DNA of 64,000 nucleotides, taken from assembly GCA_012295275.1 (NCBI GenBank), contig CM022676.1, positions 8,804,001 to 8,868,000 of the forward strand. The letters run 5' to 3'. Under the pieces are notes generated by a model. The model was not told the origin of the DNA and searched no databases. It was given only the letters and a program-made list of their open reading frames with translations. This document shows, piece after piece, positions 28,853 to 42,921 of the stretch. The translations under genes and the position numbers were made by a program. The stretch comes from Chrysomallon squamiferum (lineage: Eukaryota; Animalia; Mollusca). The first letter of the stretch is position 1. Each line of letters begins with the position of its first letter.

Positions 28853-29317
28853 GCTCTACTATGTAATCCGAAGCTGAGACTGTCATTTTTACAAATGACC
28901 ACCTCTGACGTTTCGAGGAGACGCGATTCGATTCCTGTGAAATCTCCGACTTTTCACGATGCCTGTGTAATCAAGGCTGCTATAGCAGACTTTGCATTGC
29001 TAAATTATTGCGCATGAATTTCAGTGATCGCTACAAATGTTTTAACATCCCACTGTATAAAGATACATTCATAACTTTTTAAAATATTTTCTTCGTCCTT
29101 CGAAAACAGATATGCGCTTGATCCACTGAATATAAAAAATGATTATTATTAACAGCGCATCGCCAACTCAACGTCACATTCTCATAAATATCAATTATCA
29201 CAATGCGTGGCGATCTTTTACTTTCAGAGCCATAGAAACTATCTTACATTTCACACACCGACAGACACACATAAACACACACACGTAGATATATAATACA
29301 TACAGAATGTTACAAAG

Positions 29318-29350
<33 letters not shown>

Positions 29351-29730
29351 TCGCCCGCAAAGATACTTGGTTTTTATTTAATTGCAAATAATAATAAACT
29401 TGTTAATAGTAAATTCCTTTGATGGAATATTACTTATAGGAGTATTTTGACAAACAAGTAATTTGAACATTGTTCTGTACCATCCCTTCGTTTAACTTGC
29501 ACCAGTTACGCCGATTCCCGACATCCATTTCACAAATGCTGGGGAGATCAACTTTAATTTCAAAATTAACAAGAACATGGACCCAGGTTTTTTAATATTT
29601 CAATTACCAATATGTGAAACATATGTCAAAGGTGAATATTAGGACCATGTCGTCCGAAAAAGGGGATAAATCCGAACTTTCCCGAATGCAGTCTTAGCTT
29701 CTATCGTCTGCTTGACGGTCTTCCGATTTC

Positions 29731-29787
<57 letters not shown>

Positions 29788-29946
29788 TTTTTTTTTTAAC
29801 TGTTTTTTTTTAATTGGTTGGTTAATTTGGTTTATTAATTTCGAACCCTGTTGTATTTAGTATTTTCTTTCATTTTAGTAAGTATATTGTTTATTTATAT
29901 TTATATTTATTCACTGTACTAAAATAAATAAATAAATAAACAAATA

Positions 29947-29980
<34 letters not shown>

Positions 29981-30368
29981 TAATAGACATGAAAATTTCA
30001 AATCAATGAATATTTTAAAGAACAAATGCAAAACGTTACCAAATCGAAATCCTTTTCTTGCAAAAAGATAATTCTAGTGACCTTGACTGATTTCGTAATC
30101 AGCAACGTAGACATAATTTACGTCATTATTTCAAAATAATGTATCGCTATTTGTCAAACAATGTAGCAGTTTGATGAAATACCAGACTTATCCCGTCTCT
30201 ATTGATGTGTTCTTTTCATTGTTATTACTGTTGTTGCTGTTGTTGTTGTTGTTGCTGCTGCTGCTGGACCCAGGTTTTTGAATGTTTCCATTATTAATAT
30301 GGATCGAAAAATAATGAAAATTTTATCAAAATCGGAGATGATCGGTCTACTGCAATAATAATAATAAT

Positions 30369-30431
<63 letters not shown>

Positions 30432-30798
30432 AACAACAACATCAATAATAAAATGAATAGTAACACTAACAACAACAACAATAACAATTATTAAAAGGGC
30501 TTAAAATGTCCAGTCTTCACATCGCCAAATGCGAATATTCGGATTATCTCGGCCGAATACGCGAATAAATCCGAGCCTTCCCTAACGCCATGTTAGCTTT
30601 TTTTGCCGTCTGCTCCGAAATTTTCTGTTTATTTTTTATTTTTTTATTTTTTGAACTGGTTTGTTTTATTGGATGGTTAATTTGGTACTTAGAATGCTAC
30701 ATTTCAGAGAATATTCGAACGGTATAGTATTAAGTATTTTCTTTCAATAGAATCAATATATTGTTTATTTATACTTATATATATTCACTGTACTAAAA

Positions 30799-30830
<32 letters not shown>

Positions 30831-31323
30831 AATAATAATAGACATGAACATTTCAAATCAATGGATATTTTAAAGAACAAATGTAAAATTTTACCAAATC
30901 GAAATCCTCTTCATGCAGAAAGATAAATCTGATGACCTTGACTGATTTCGTAATGAGCGACGTAGATGTAATTGACGTCATTATTTCAAAATAATGTATC
31001 AATGTTGCAGTTTGATGAAAGAACAGACTTGTCCCATCTGTACCGAGGCTTAGTATTCTTTTCATTATTATTATTGTTGTTATTGTTGTTTTTGTTGTTG
31101 TTGTTGTTTCTGCTGCTGCTGCTGCTGTTATTGTTTCTCTTCTCCTTATTATTTTGATTGTTCTTCTTCTTCTTGCTATTTTTCGTCTTCTTCTCTTTGT
31201 TCAGTAAACAGTTTGTTACGAAAATGTGTGTGTATGTGTGGGGGGTCGGTGTGGGTGGGTGGGTCGGTGGGTGGGTGGTTATGTCTTTCCAATGATATAT
31301 AAATTACATGGAACAGAATTTAA

Positions 31324-31378
31324 CTGAGCAAGCGCTAAATGTTTGTAAAAATATAATGATGTTTCTACTGATCTCCAT
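31324..31378 (-). pseudogene. Relic second leader exon (MEISRNIIIFLQTFSACS), phase-1 donor GT>TT
   Basis: Homologous to type-C leader; same relic at 51411-51465 and 57921-57975 (+). Confidence 0.7.
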
Positions 31379-32405
31379 TTCTTGAAAATGTACTTGCTCC
31401 AAAAATTATACTGCTAAAGAAGATTTTTGTTTTCTTTTTAGAAAGAAAGTAAAAAGAAAAAATATATTATAATAATAATAAATTAAAATAAATCAGTAAA
31501 ATAAAAGAAAATAAAACAAAGTATTTCTATAAATAATTAAATTAAAACAAACAAAAAAGAAAAATAAATAAGTAAGTAAACTGTTCATTATTCATTTATT
31601 TATTTTTATTATTCGCATAATATTTTTTATTCTTCTTCTTATTATTATTATTAGTATTAATATTATTAACAACTATTTGAAAGAATCACTTCAGGCATCC
31701 ATGCATGTTTTTCGCATTTTGTAGTTTTTTTCTCAACTTAAGAACTTAACTAAAATTTAAATATTTTACTGGATTCAGTTAATCTTTCCCATAAAGAAAC
31801 ATCCATGGGTAGATACTTGAAATCAGTCAACAACTGAATTCAAAATACAACAAAAAATACAACAAATAAAACACACACAAAAAAAATTAATAATAATAAT
31901 AATCATAATAATTCCAAAAGATAAAAAAAGAAAGAAAAAGAAAGCAGATATTTATAATAATTACAAAATCTCCAGGTAAAGCAAGTGTATGCTCAATATC
32001 ATTATAATAAAGTTATTGACTTTGTGGGACGATAGGTTCTACCATTCCTCAACTGTAACACTAAAAAGTGGTTCATCGTTATTAACAATGTTATTATTTG
32101 CGGTTTTGGTTTCGGTGATATTCTGTGTATAAAGTATGTTAGTATTAATATTACTTAACAAAAATCTAGTTATTCGTCTGAACTGTTTAACATAAAGTTG
32201 TGTGATGATGCAGAATTGTTATAAAAACAACAACAACAAAAATAAAAACAAATAAAAAAGTAAGAACACAAGATTTTTAAACAAACCTTTTTTTATTTTT
32301 TCTAAACATTAAGAGTAACCATTACGTATAATATAGAACTATTAAATCCGAAATGGAGAGTTTGTAACTTAATACAGTATTATTAATAATAATAATAAAG
32401 AAAAA

Positions 32406-32463
<58 letters not shown>

Positions 32464-33166
32464 CATAAATAAATAAATAATGCAAAAACAGTACAAACTA
32501 CTGTAACGGAAAAATGTTCAGTTAGGGTCCTTGATAGAATAAAAAAAACCTTTCAGTTAGAGACAGGATATCATCTAAGCAAAAAATATTATAATAATAA
32601 AACATTAAAATAGTATCTATAATATCATCTCGTAAAAACTGTAATAATAAAAAATGTTAATTTATTGTACATGATAGGACCTAAAAACAAACAAAGAAAT
32701 AAATCAAAGGAAATAAATAATATGAACAACATAAATGAAAGAGAAAAGAAAAATAAATAAATCTATAAATAAATAGATAGATAAACTATGAAGAAAGCTG
32801 AAATAATACAAATAAACTGAAATGAAACAAACACCTAAATAAATAATTAAAATACAAAAATAAAATAAAATAAAATAAAGTAAAATAAAATAAATAAATA
32901 AATAAAGAATAGTCTTTGAATTTATAAACAAGAGAATATAAATGATTTGAAAAATACAAGAAAGAAAAAAGCAAACTATATACATGTAACAATGTATCTT
33001 CATTTTCTGAACATTAGAACAAATTTTGAAACTGCAACAGGAATAATGTAAACAAATGTCCATCGAATATTACTTCAGTGGTGATTGTTGGTAAACCAGC
33101 TATGTGGATTAAGCTGACTAATCTACAAAACCAAAGATATAAATTAATTGCTATATCTATAATACA

Positions 33167-33235
<69 letters not shown>

Positions 33236-33373
33236 AGAGATCTATATTATTAGATTCAAATCCAAATATTTAATATTTATTAATCATTGTAAATAAATAA
33301 ATAAATAAATAAATATTATTTTCCTTACATGTAAATCATCGAATGACACGAAGCACTCTGTGACTAGATTTTT

Positions 33374-33697
33374 CTAATCTGACTAAAAAGAAAAATGTTT
33401 AAATTATTTTATTTTTATTATATTCTTCATTACTGAATTTGTTGTTATTATAAGTGGAAACTGAAACATTAGATAAGCTGTAGGTCATGACATTTTAAAA
33501 CTATTACTTAATATAAAACCAATGTTTTTACTTTTATCAAGAACCGCATACGTAATCTTGATAATAGCATTGTTATTTATTAAATTCAATATTCTTAAAA
33601 ATGACTACATATATGAACAAACACAAGATGCACACAAATGTAAACAAATTACAAAATACACGCAGTCTGGAACTTCGCGATACACATATACATAAAA

Positions 33698-33737
<40 letters not shown>

Positions 33738-34686
33738 CGTACACAAAAAATCTCACATTAAAACAGATAAATACAAATAAGTAGATAAACACACACACAT
33801 AAAAAAAAAAACCGAACAGAAAAATCCGCACATAATAACACCCGCACTACATATATACACACACAACTCACGGACACACAAAATATAATTTATCTATACT
33901 TACGTTCACAGCTATAGTTACATTGTTGCTAGTTCTGCCGCTTTGAAAGTGTTCACACCACCATGCTCCGTATGTGAGAGGGTCAACTTTCTCAATGTTT
34001 ACAATATATGTTTTTGTTTCAGAACAAGCATCATCAGTTCCTTCTCCACAGACAGCTACGTAGCCACGAGGTAGATTGCCTTCGAATTTACACGAATTGT
34101 ATTTCTGATAAAATACAACAAGAACGTGTCCGGCAGCATAGATGTATATCGAGCCACCCTCAAGAGGAGTGTCTGACTCAGTACACGTAACCGAAAAAGG
34201 CTGACTGGTTGTCACTGTCGGGACCGACTTATTAAAAGACAGCTGTATTGCTGGAACAAAAGTTTAAAAAAGTAAAAGTGAAAACAAAATTTTTCTCTTT
34301 TATTTATAATACTGCTGGACAGGCGCTAATGTCCTGAATTATTTCCGAAAGTAGTTAATGTACAGAATTATTTGAAAAAGTAGTTAATGTACAGAATTAT
34401 TTGAAAAAGTAGTTAGTGTACTGAATTATTTGAAAAAGTAGTTAGTGTACTGTATTAGTTGAGACACTACCTTATGTAGTAAATTATTTCACAAAGTAGT
34501 TAATGCACTGAATTATTTGAGAAAGTAAGCTAATTCCCTGAATTAAATGCGAAAGTAACTTGTCTGTGCGTGTTCCACTGATATATAAATTTGGTGCAAA
34601 TGAAGAACAATTTATCTAGAACAGATTTTACCTGAGCAAGTGCTAAAGCATAGTAGAAAGAAAATGATGTTTCTACTGAACGCCAT
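33374..34686 (-). CDS. Gene C2: signal peptide + single Ig-like domain, ~136 aa; complement(join(34632..34686,33904..34250,33374..33382)); 3' end uncertain
   Basis: Leader MAFSRNIIFFLLCFSTCS with G|GTAAAA donor; TTCCAG acceptor; open 347-nt exon AIQLSFNKSVPTV...VTC...CGEGTDDACS...WWC...VTIAVN|GTAAGT; next exon 33329-33382 reads SD*; further exon acceptor at 33122. Confidence 0.75.
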
Positions 34687-34879
34687 TTCTTGAAAATGTT
34701 CTTGTACTAAAAGCAATATACCTAAAGAAGAACAATTTTTTAGAAACAAACTTGGAATCAAGAAAGCAAGCAAGCACACAAGCAAAAAACCAACAACAAA
34801 CAAACACATAATTAAATGAATCAATTAATAATAAGAATTATTATTACTATTATGATTATTTCTATTATTATTATTGTTA

Positions 34880-34943
<64 letters not shown>

Positions 34944-35576
34944 TGATAACTATTTTTAAAAAACACTTCAGGCATGCATGCATATTTTTCGCATTTTATA
35001 ATTTTTTTCTCTAGTTTGGAACTTAACTACAATATTAGTATCTTACTGGAATCAGTTAATCTACCTCATAAAGAAACATCAATAGGTACATACTTCAAAT
35101 CAGTGAACAACAGAATTCCAAAATCCAGAAAAAAAACAATAAAAAAACGTTCCAAATGATAAAAAAACCCCACTAATCTTCACAGATATGTATAACAATA
35201 TTAAATTCTCCAGATATAAAATATGTAAGAAAGCAAATGTCTCTTCAATATCTTTATAATAAAGTTGTTAGCTTTCTGGATGTCGTCTCCAGATATAATG
35301 CCAACACGTGACAATAGGATCTCGTATCTCAATTTGCTCGTAAATGAAATTAATTTTCCCAACTGAAATTAATTGAAAAACCATTAATCCTTTCCAGCCC
35401 ACCAAAATCCACCCCACTTTATATATATATATTTTTTTATTTGTAACGACGACTTCGCCCACCATTCTGCAGCAGCGGCAGCAATATCCGCCACCCGTTT
35501 GTCTAGTCTGGCTGTCATACCATTGTTTTGCACTTTTGCTTTCACCAGTTCACGTGTCTTGTCCTTTAAAAAAATA

Positions 35577-36305
35577 CAGTGGTACCTTTACTTAAGTGTT
35601 TAATTCGTTCTGTGACACAGCTCGTTTCTCAATTTGTTCGTATATCAAATTAATTTTCCCAACTGAAATTAATTCAAATGCCATTAATCCGTTCCAGCTC
35701 CTCCAAATCCACCCCAATTTTTTAATTTTCTTTCTATTTGTAACGCGTTTTTAAATAAGAAAAATGTATGTATAAATGACAAATATTGTAAAAAAAAAAA
35801 AAAATAGAGACAAATAAATTCGTTTCGTAAAGTGTAGATATCTTTGATTTCAGAAAAATTATTTCAATGCCTTTGCCTGGAGTTACAGCCTTTATCGACT
35901 CTTTCAGCTTCGGTATGGTACACATCGTGGAAGTACTACGCTCGTTCTGCCAAGCCAAGTCACTCACATTTTCTATGAATTCAAGCTTTAATGCAATAAG
36001 ATCATCCGATTCTTGTTCTCAGTACTGTCCTTTGCACTAATTTTCTTACGACCCATGGAAATTTGTGAAAATACTCCACATAACGCGAGCACAACTCAAC
36101 AGAGATACTTCCGCGGCGAGGAACCACGTGAAGTAAACGAGTGAGACGCGGGATGCTGGCCGGATGTTACGTTGTTCGTTACGCCAATTAGCGGCGTCCT
36201 ATCTGAAGGTCGCTCGTAACTCGGATTTCGGCTGACAACTCAAAGCAAAAATCTGCCCCGGCGACTGCTCTTAACTCGAAAAACTCGTAAGTTGAGGCAG
36301 TGGTA
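35577..36305 (-). mobile_element. Second copy of the deleted pogo/Tigger-like element (duplicated with the unit)
   Basis: Near-identical to 28124-28852, same flanks. Confidence 0.8.
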
Positions 36306-37360
36306 GCTCTACTAATGACCACCTCTGACGTTTCGAGGAGACGCGATTCGATTCCTGTGAAATCTCCGACTTCTCACGATGCCTGTGTAATCAAGGCTGC
36401 TATAGCAGACTTTGCATTGCTAAATTATTGCGCATGAATTTTAGTGATCGCTACAAATGTTTTAACATGCAACTGTATAAAGATACATTCATAACTTTTT
36501 AAAATATTTTCTTCGTCCTTCGAAAACAGATATGCGCTTGATCCACTGAATCTAAAAAATGATTATTATTAACAGCGCATCGCCAACTCAACGTCACATT
36601 CTCATGAATATCAATTATCACAATGCGTGGCGATCTTTTACTTTCAGAGCCACAGAAACTATCTTACATTTCACACACCGACAGACACACATAAACTATC
36701 TTACATTTCACACACCGACAGACACACATAAACACACACACGTAGATATATAATATATACAGAATGTTACAAAACAATATATATATATAAAAAGTCGCCC
36801 GCAAAGATACTTGGTTTTTATTTAATTGCAAATAAAATAAACTTGTTAATAGTAAATTCCTTTGATGGAATATTACTTATAGGAGTATTTTGACAAACAA
36901 GTAATTTGAACATTGTTCTGTACCATCCCTTCGTTTAACTTGCACCAGTTATGCCGATTCCCGACATCCATTTCACAAATGCTGGGGAGATCAACTTTAA
37001 TTTCAAAATTAAGAAGAACATGGACCCAGGTTTTTTAATATTTCAATTACCAATATGTGAAAAATATGTCAAAGGTCAATATTAGGACCATGTCGTCCGA
37101 AAAAGGGGATAAATCCGAACTTTCCCGAATGCAGTCTTAGCTTCTATCGTCTGCTTGACGGTCTTCCGATTTCTGTTATTATTATTATTATTATTATTAA
37201 TTTTTTTTTTTAACTGTTTTTTTTTAATTGGTTGGTTAATTTGGTTTATTAATTTCGAACCCTGTTGTATTTAGTATTTTCTTTCATTTTAGTAAGTATA
37301 TTGTTTATTTATATTTATATTTATTCACTGTACTAAAATAAATAAATAAATAAACAAATA

Positions 37361-37412
<52 letters not shown>

Positions 37413-37848
37413 TAATAGACATGAAAATTTCAAATCAATGAATATTTTAAAGAACAAATGCAAAACGTTACCAAATCGAAATCCTCTTCTTGCAAAAAGA
37501 TAATTCTAGTGACCTTGACTGATTTCGTAATCAGCAACGTAGACATAATTTACGTCATTATTTCAAAATAATGTAGCGTTGTTTGTCAAACAATGTAGCA
37601 GTTTGATGAAATACCAGACTTATCCCGTCTCTATTGATGTGTTCTTTTCATTGTTATTACTGTTGTTGCTGTTGTTGTTGTTGCTGCTGCTGCTGCTGTT
37701 ATTGTTGTTGTTCTTCTTATTATTATGATTGTTGTTGTTGTTGTTGTTGTTGGTCTTCTATTTGGTCAGTAAACTGTTGATTACGAAAATGTGTTTGTGT
37801 GTCTGTGTGTGTGTCTTCCTACTGATATATAAATTATAGAGAACATAC

Positions 37849-37903
37849 CTGAGCAAGTGCTAAAGGTTAGTAAAAATATGATGATGTTTCTATTGATCTC
37901 CAC
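37849..37903 (-). pseudogene. Relic leader exon with intact G|GTATGT donor but ATG>GTG
   Basis: Reads (V)EINRNIIIFLLTFSTCS; homologous to the type-C leader. Confidence 0.65.
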
Positions 37904-38207
37904 TTCTTCAAAATGTTCTTTAACCAAAAATAATATAAATAATCTTTTTTTTTTTTAAGCCCAATTAAAGAAATAAATAAATAAAAACAATACAAGGACA
38001 AATAATTAAATGAGTAAATTTTGTTCATTATTCATCTATTTATTATTATTATTAACATTATTATTATTATTATAAATAAGACAAAAGTAAATAAAAAAAT
38101 ACAGACAAATAATTAAAAAAGTGAACGAAGAAAGAAATTAATTTACTTATTTGTGATTACTCTTTCTTTTCTTTCATTATTATTGTTCTTGTTGTAATGC
38201 TGTAACT

Positions 38208-38243
<36 letters not shown>

Positions 38244-39227
38244 TAATGAGAACAACAACATTATTATTAAAATAAATAATAATAGTAACAACAACAACAA
38301 TAACAATAATGAAGACAGTTATAATGGTACAGGGCTCGAAATGGCCAGTAGCCACGTCGCAAAATGTGAACATCCGTATCATCTCGGCCGAATACCCGGA
38401 CAAATCCGAACCTTCCCGAATGTCGTCTTGGCTTGAACCGTTTGCTTCGCGGTGTTCGGATTTCTGGCGTTTTTTTTTTTTTAATCAAAAATACAAATAA
38501 AAAGTGAAAAGAGATAAAAAAAAAAAAAAAAAAAAAAAAGTGAAATTAAATTATATTAAATTAAAGAAAAGAAAAGAAAAAAAAATTAAATTGTTGTTGT
38601 TCTTGTTTTGTTGTTGTTGTTGGTGGTGGTGTTATTATTATTGTTGTTGTTGTTGTTGTTGTTGCTACAAAAGAAAAGAATTAGAATAATTCCGTGCTAA
38701 CTGAACCACCAGAGCTGGTATAGTGAACGTCTCCGATTTTGATAAAATTTCAGTCATTTGTGCAGTCATATAAATGAAACTTGAGTCCAAATTCTTATTA
38801 ATTTTGAAATTACAGTTGATCCAGATGTTTTGGGCTATTTTTGAAAGGTAATAATTTAATTATAATATTAGTGAGCTGAAATGGGTTTTATTACATATTT
38901 CATACCTGGAAAATTTAAAATTGTTATAGATATCTGTGTCGTTTATTTTATTTTATTTTCTCATCATTTGGAACTTTCTTGTTTGTTTCTTTTTTGTTTT
39001 TGTTTTTTTGTATTTTCGAAGTCTATGAATATTTGTCATAGATAAAACCTGTTGACTGATTTGAAGTAAGTACCTGTGGATGTTTCTTTGTAGGAAAGAT
39101 TAACTGAGTCGAGTAAAATATTAATAGTGTAGTTAAGTTCCAAACTAGAGAAAAAATTACAAAATGCGGAAAATATGCATGCATGTCTGAAGTGATTCTT
39201 AAAAATAGTTCTTAATAATAATAATAA

Positions 39228-39258
<31 letters not shown>

Positions 39259-39430
39259 AAGAAGAAAAAGAAGAAGAAGAAGTAAAAGAAGAAGAAGAAG
39301 AAGACGAAATTAACAATACAATAGGCAAAGCTTTTTCTTTATTCTTATTATTAATTGATTAATTTATTTATTTGTTTTCTCGCCTGCTTTCAAATATTTT
39401 TGTTTCTAAAAAAAAAAAAAAAAAAAAAAT

Positions 39431-40156
39431 CGTTCAGTAGAAACATCATTTTCTTTCTACTATGCTTTAGCACTTGCTCAGGTAAAATCTGTTCTAGATA
39501 AATTGTTCTTCATTTGCACCAAATTTATATATCAGTGGAACACGCACAGACAAGTTACTTTCGCATTTAATTCAGGAAATTAGCTTACTTTCTCAAATAA
39601 TTCAGTGCATCAGCTACTTTGCAAATAATTCAGTTCATTAACTACTTTCTCAAATAATTCTGTACATTAACTACTTTCGAAAATAATTCTGTACATTAAC
39701 TACTTTCGAAAATAATTCAGGACATTAGCGCCTGTCCAGCATATTATAAATAAAAGAGAAAAATTTTGTTTTCACTTTTACTTTCTTAAACTTTTGTTCC
39801 AGCAATACAGCTGTCTCTTAATAAGTCGGTCCCGACAGCGACAACCAGTCAGTCTTTTTCGTTTACTTGTAGTGTGTCAGCACCTGCTGCTAGGGGTGGC
39901 ACGATATATATCTTTGGTGGCTGATACATTCTTGCTACATTTACTCAGAGATACGGTTTGTGTAAAATCAACAACGATCTGCCTCGTGGCTACATAGCTG
40001 TCTGTGGAGAACGAACTGATGTTCCTTGTCCTAAAATAAAAAAAGAAAGGATATGTTGTGACCATTGAGAAACTCACTGACGACGTAGAGAGTAGTTGGA
40101 AGTGCAAAGAATGGACTAGCAGAGTAACTAGCGAGATTGTTACTGTGGCAATGAAC
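39431..40156 (+). pseudogene. Divergent type-C pseudogene (psi-C)
   Basis: Leader remnant 39431-39481 lacks ATG; Ig exon 39803-40156 (IQLSLNKSVPTATTSQSFSFTC...CGERTDVPC...WKCKEW) has an in-frame TGA at 39922-39924, a frameshift in the A-run near 40040 and a deleted splice donor. Confidence 0.85.
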
Positions 40157-40619
40157 TATATTTGTGTGTGTGCTTGCGTTCTGTGTATATATTTAGTACG
40201 AGTGTGAATATTTCTTTGAGTGTTTGTGTGCGTGTTTTTTCTATTTTATTTTTTTTGTATATGTGCGTGTGTTTACCTAAATGTTTGTACGTATTTGTTT
40301 GAATGTGAGATTTTGTTTGTATGTGGGTTTTTTTTTTTGGGGGGGGGTTCTTTTCTTGTGTGTATGCATATCTCTGTTTCAGATTACATGTGTTTTGTAT
40401 TATTCTGTACATCTTGTGTTTGTTCATATATGTGGTAATTGCTTAGAATATTTGAATTTAATAAACAACAGCGATATGAGCCTGTGGTCTTGGGTGTTCG
40501 TTTTCGTAACTTTTTTCTTTTCATTCGTTTGACTAAGACGAATGAAAAAGTATTACCCATCACATCCACTGATTGTAGCCTGTCGTAACAACTAATCCAA
40601 AGATATTTTTACAAGAAAA

Positions 40620-40991
40620 CCAGGCTGTGGACATGTTACTAAAACTACTTTGGTGTACATGTATCTGTTTATCGAGACTATCTAGCAAGCGAGACTAAGC
40701 CCCCCCCCCAGAGGCATACAGAGGTCTGGGGATGCTCGGGGCCAACGCCTTGAGTGTATGCCCCAACGACTCAAGAATAAGGCCTAGTACTGAGAAATAT
40801 TATGAGAAAGGAAGAGGTTTTGAATATGTAAACACAGATGAAACATAAAATAAATACTTCATTAGATTTAAATATAAATCAACCGAATTTATTAAGTTCT
40901 TTTCTCGGATTGCTTTCTCTACACATTTGGATGCCTTCGCACGCCACTGCACGTACCCATAGAAAGTTAGTTACAACTTAAGTAACCACTA

Positions 40992-41024
<33 letters not shown>

Positions 41025-41025
41025 G

Positions 41026-41076
<51 letters not shown>

Positions 41077-42086
41077 GGTTAGACCAACTTAGTATGTGTG
41101 TCGTTTATGAGAGCTAAACAAGGTACGCAAGTATAATTATTAGAAATAATTTTACTCCTACAACGTCACAAAGTCTAGCTAATAAACTTAACCTCTGAAA
41201 ACTAAAATGTTGGGGAACGCTATCCGTCTTCATACGCCCGCACCACTAAATACACTTCAAGCCTTTTCACTTCTATGCAAAATAGAAAATCAGTAAATAT
41301 AATCTAAAAATATAGTTCGTAACTTGTCTACATTTAATTTCTCGATTTTTGTATTAACTACATAAATATAATTCAATTTCTCTATCAGAACAAAACTTTT
41401 GAGAACGAACAACAGACCTAATTAAAAATAATGTGTCAAATATTACAACATGTCACGTTGGCCATTTTTAAATAGGTCATGATAGCCTGGAAAAATCAAC
41501 TTGGAATTAATACAAAGAATTTAAATTAAAAAAAAATGTTTTCAATTTCCAAGATTATGCAGAAAAAAAAAAAGAAAAAAAAATTTATGATAATAATAAT
41601 TACTCCTGTATTTCTTCTTTTCTTTCTTCTTCTCATCATCAAAATGCTAATATCCAAAATAAAACATGAAGCAAGTCTAGTTCACTTAGAATAAATCCAA
41701 TTTACGGTAACGTCATTGACTGGTTCTGCAGGTCGGTGCATGCAGTTTTAAATGGTACAGCTTTCGGGTGGGTGTACTTGAACTCTATTTTTATTAGAAA
41801 TCATTCGGTATTATCCAGATATTATCGGTTTTATTTACATCAACGGAAGATCTCAAGAATTAGTGTTTTCACGAGAACAAGATATCTGGAAGACATTTTC
41901 TCTTCTTCGGTAAATATTTTCATTGAACAGGTTTCAATTACTTACATTCTTCGGTTCATTTTATAAACTAATATTTAAAACAAAAAGATTTATATTTATT
42001 TACGTATTTATGAATGTTTTATATTTAATTTTATATTCATTAATTCAGAAAGTCTTTATTTCAGTAATATTAGATATAAAATACTA

Positions 42087-42128
<42 letters not shown>

Positions 42129-42349
42129 GTTGTTCTTGTTATTATTAATTGTTGTTTTTGTTAAATAACAAATAGAAATAACTTCATGTATTGTTGAATT
42201 TGGTATTTATTATAAATATAAAATTGATAGTGAAAACAAAAATGAGAATCTTGAAGTCAAAAGGTTAAGATGTCGTGACAACTGTATTGATCTCACTAAC
42301 CCCTTTTAAATATTTCCAAATGATAATTATTGAATAATAATAATAATAA

Positions 42350-42384
<35 letters not shown>

Positions 42385-42574
42385 ACACATTTTCTCAACA
42401 GTTCTATTTCATCGATGTTCCTACTAGAAAAGTTTTCAGAAGTATGGCTTTGAAGACTTTCTTGTCTCTGTTCACATTTCTGCAAATTGTCGGCGTTTGT
42501 GACGGTTAGTTTTTACCTTTGTACTTCATGAATCACGTACAAGGTCGAATGCATAACATACATACATACATACA

Positions 42575-42606
<32 letters not shown>

Positions 42607-42869
42607 CATACATACAGATACATAAGTTTACTTCGTGATCTTCTAGCCACGTCTTCCGCCTGCGGAATAGTAGTCGTAGTAGTAGTAGTGGTAGTGGTAG
42701 TAGTAGTAGTAGTAGTAGTAGCAGTAGTAGTGATAGTAGTAGTACTGATACAGACAAACCGCTTTATAAGTCTCCCCAGTGGGTCCCATGTCGCTCCAAA
42801 AATGTTTAAGCACGCGGATTGTCTGTACTCAAATATACATAATATTCGTGTTACCGGTTTAACTGTATG

Positions 42870-42921
<52 letters not shown>

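Larger units (their letters stand above)
24410..38480 (-). repeat. Left tandem array of type-C units (period ~7.4 kb)
   Basis: Ig-exon starts at 26855 and 34250 are 7395 bp apart; 24.4-30.2 kb aligns with 31.7-37.7 kb at high identity. Confidence 0.95.

Noticed and set aside
39922-39924. In-frame TGA as selenocysteine or readthrough
   Set aside because: Aligns to Gly/Ala codons, and the locus also lacks ATG and donor and has a frameshift.
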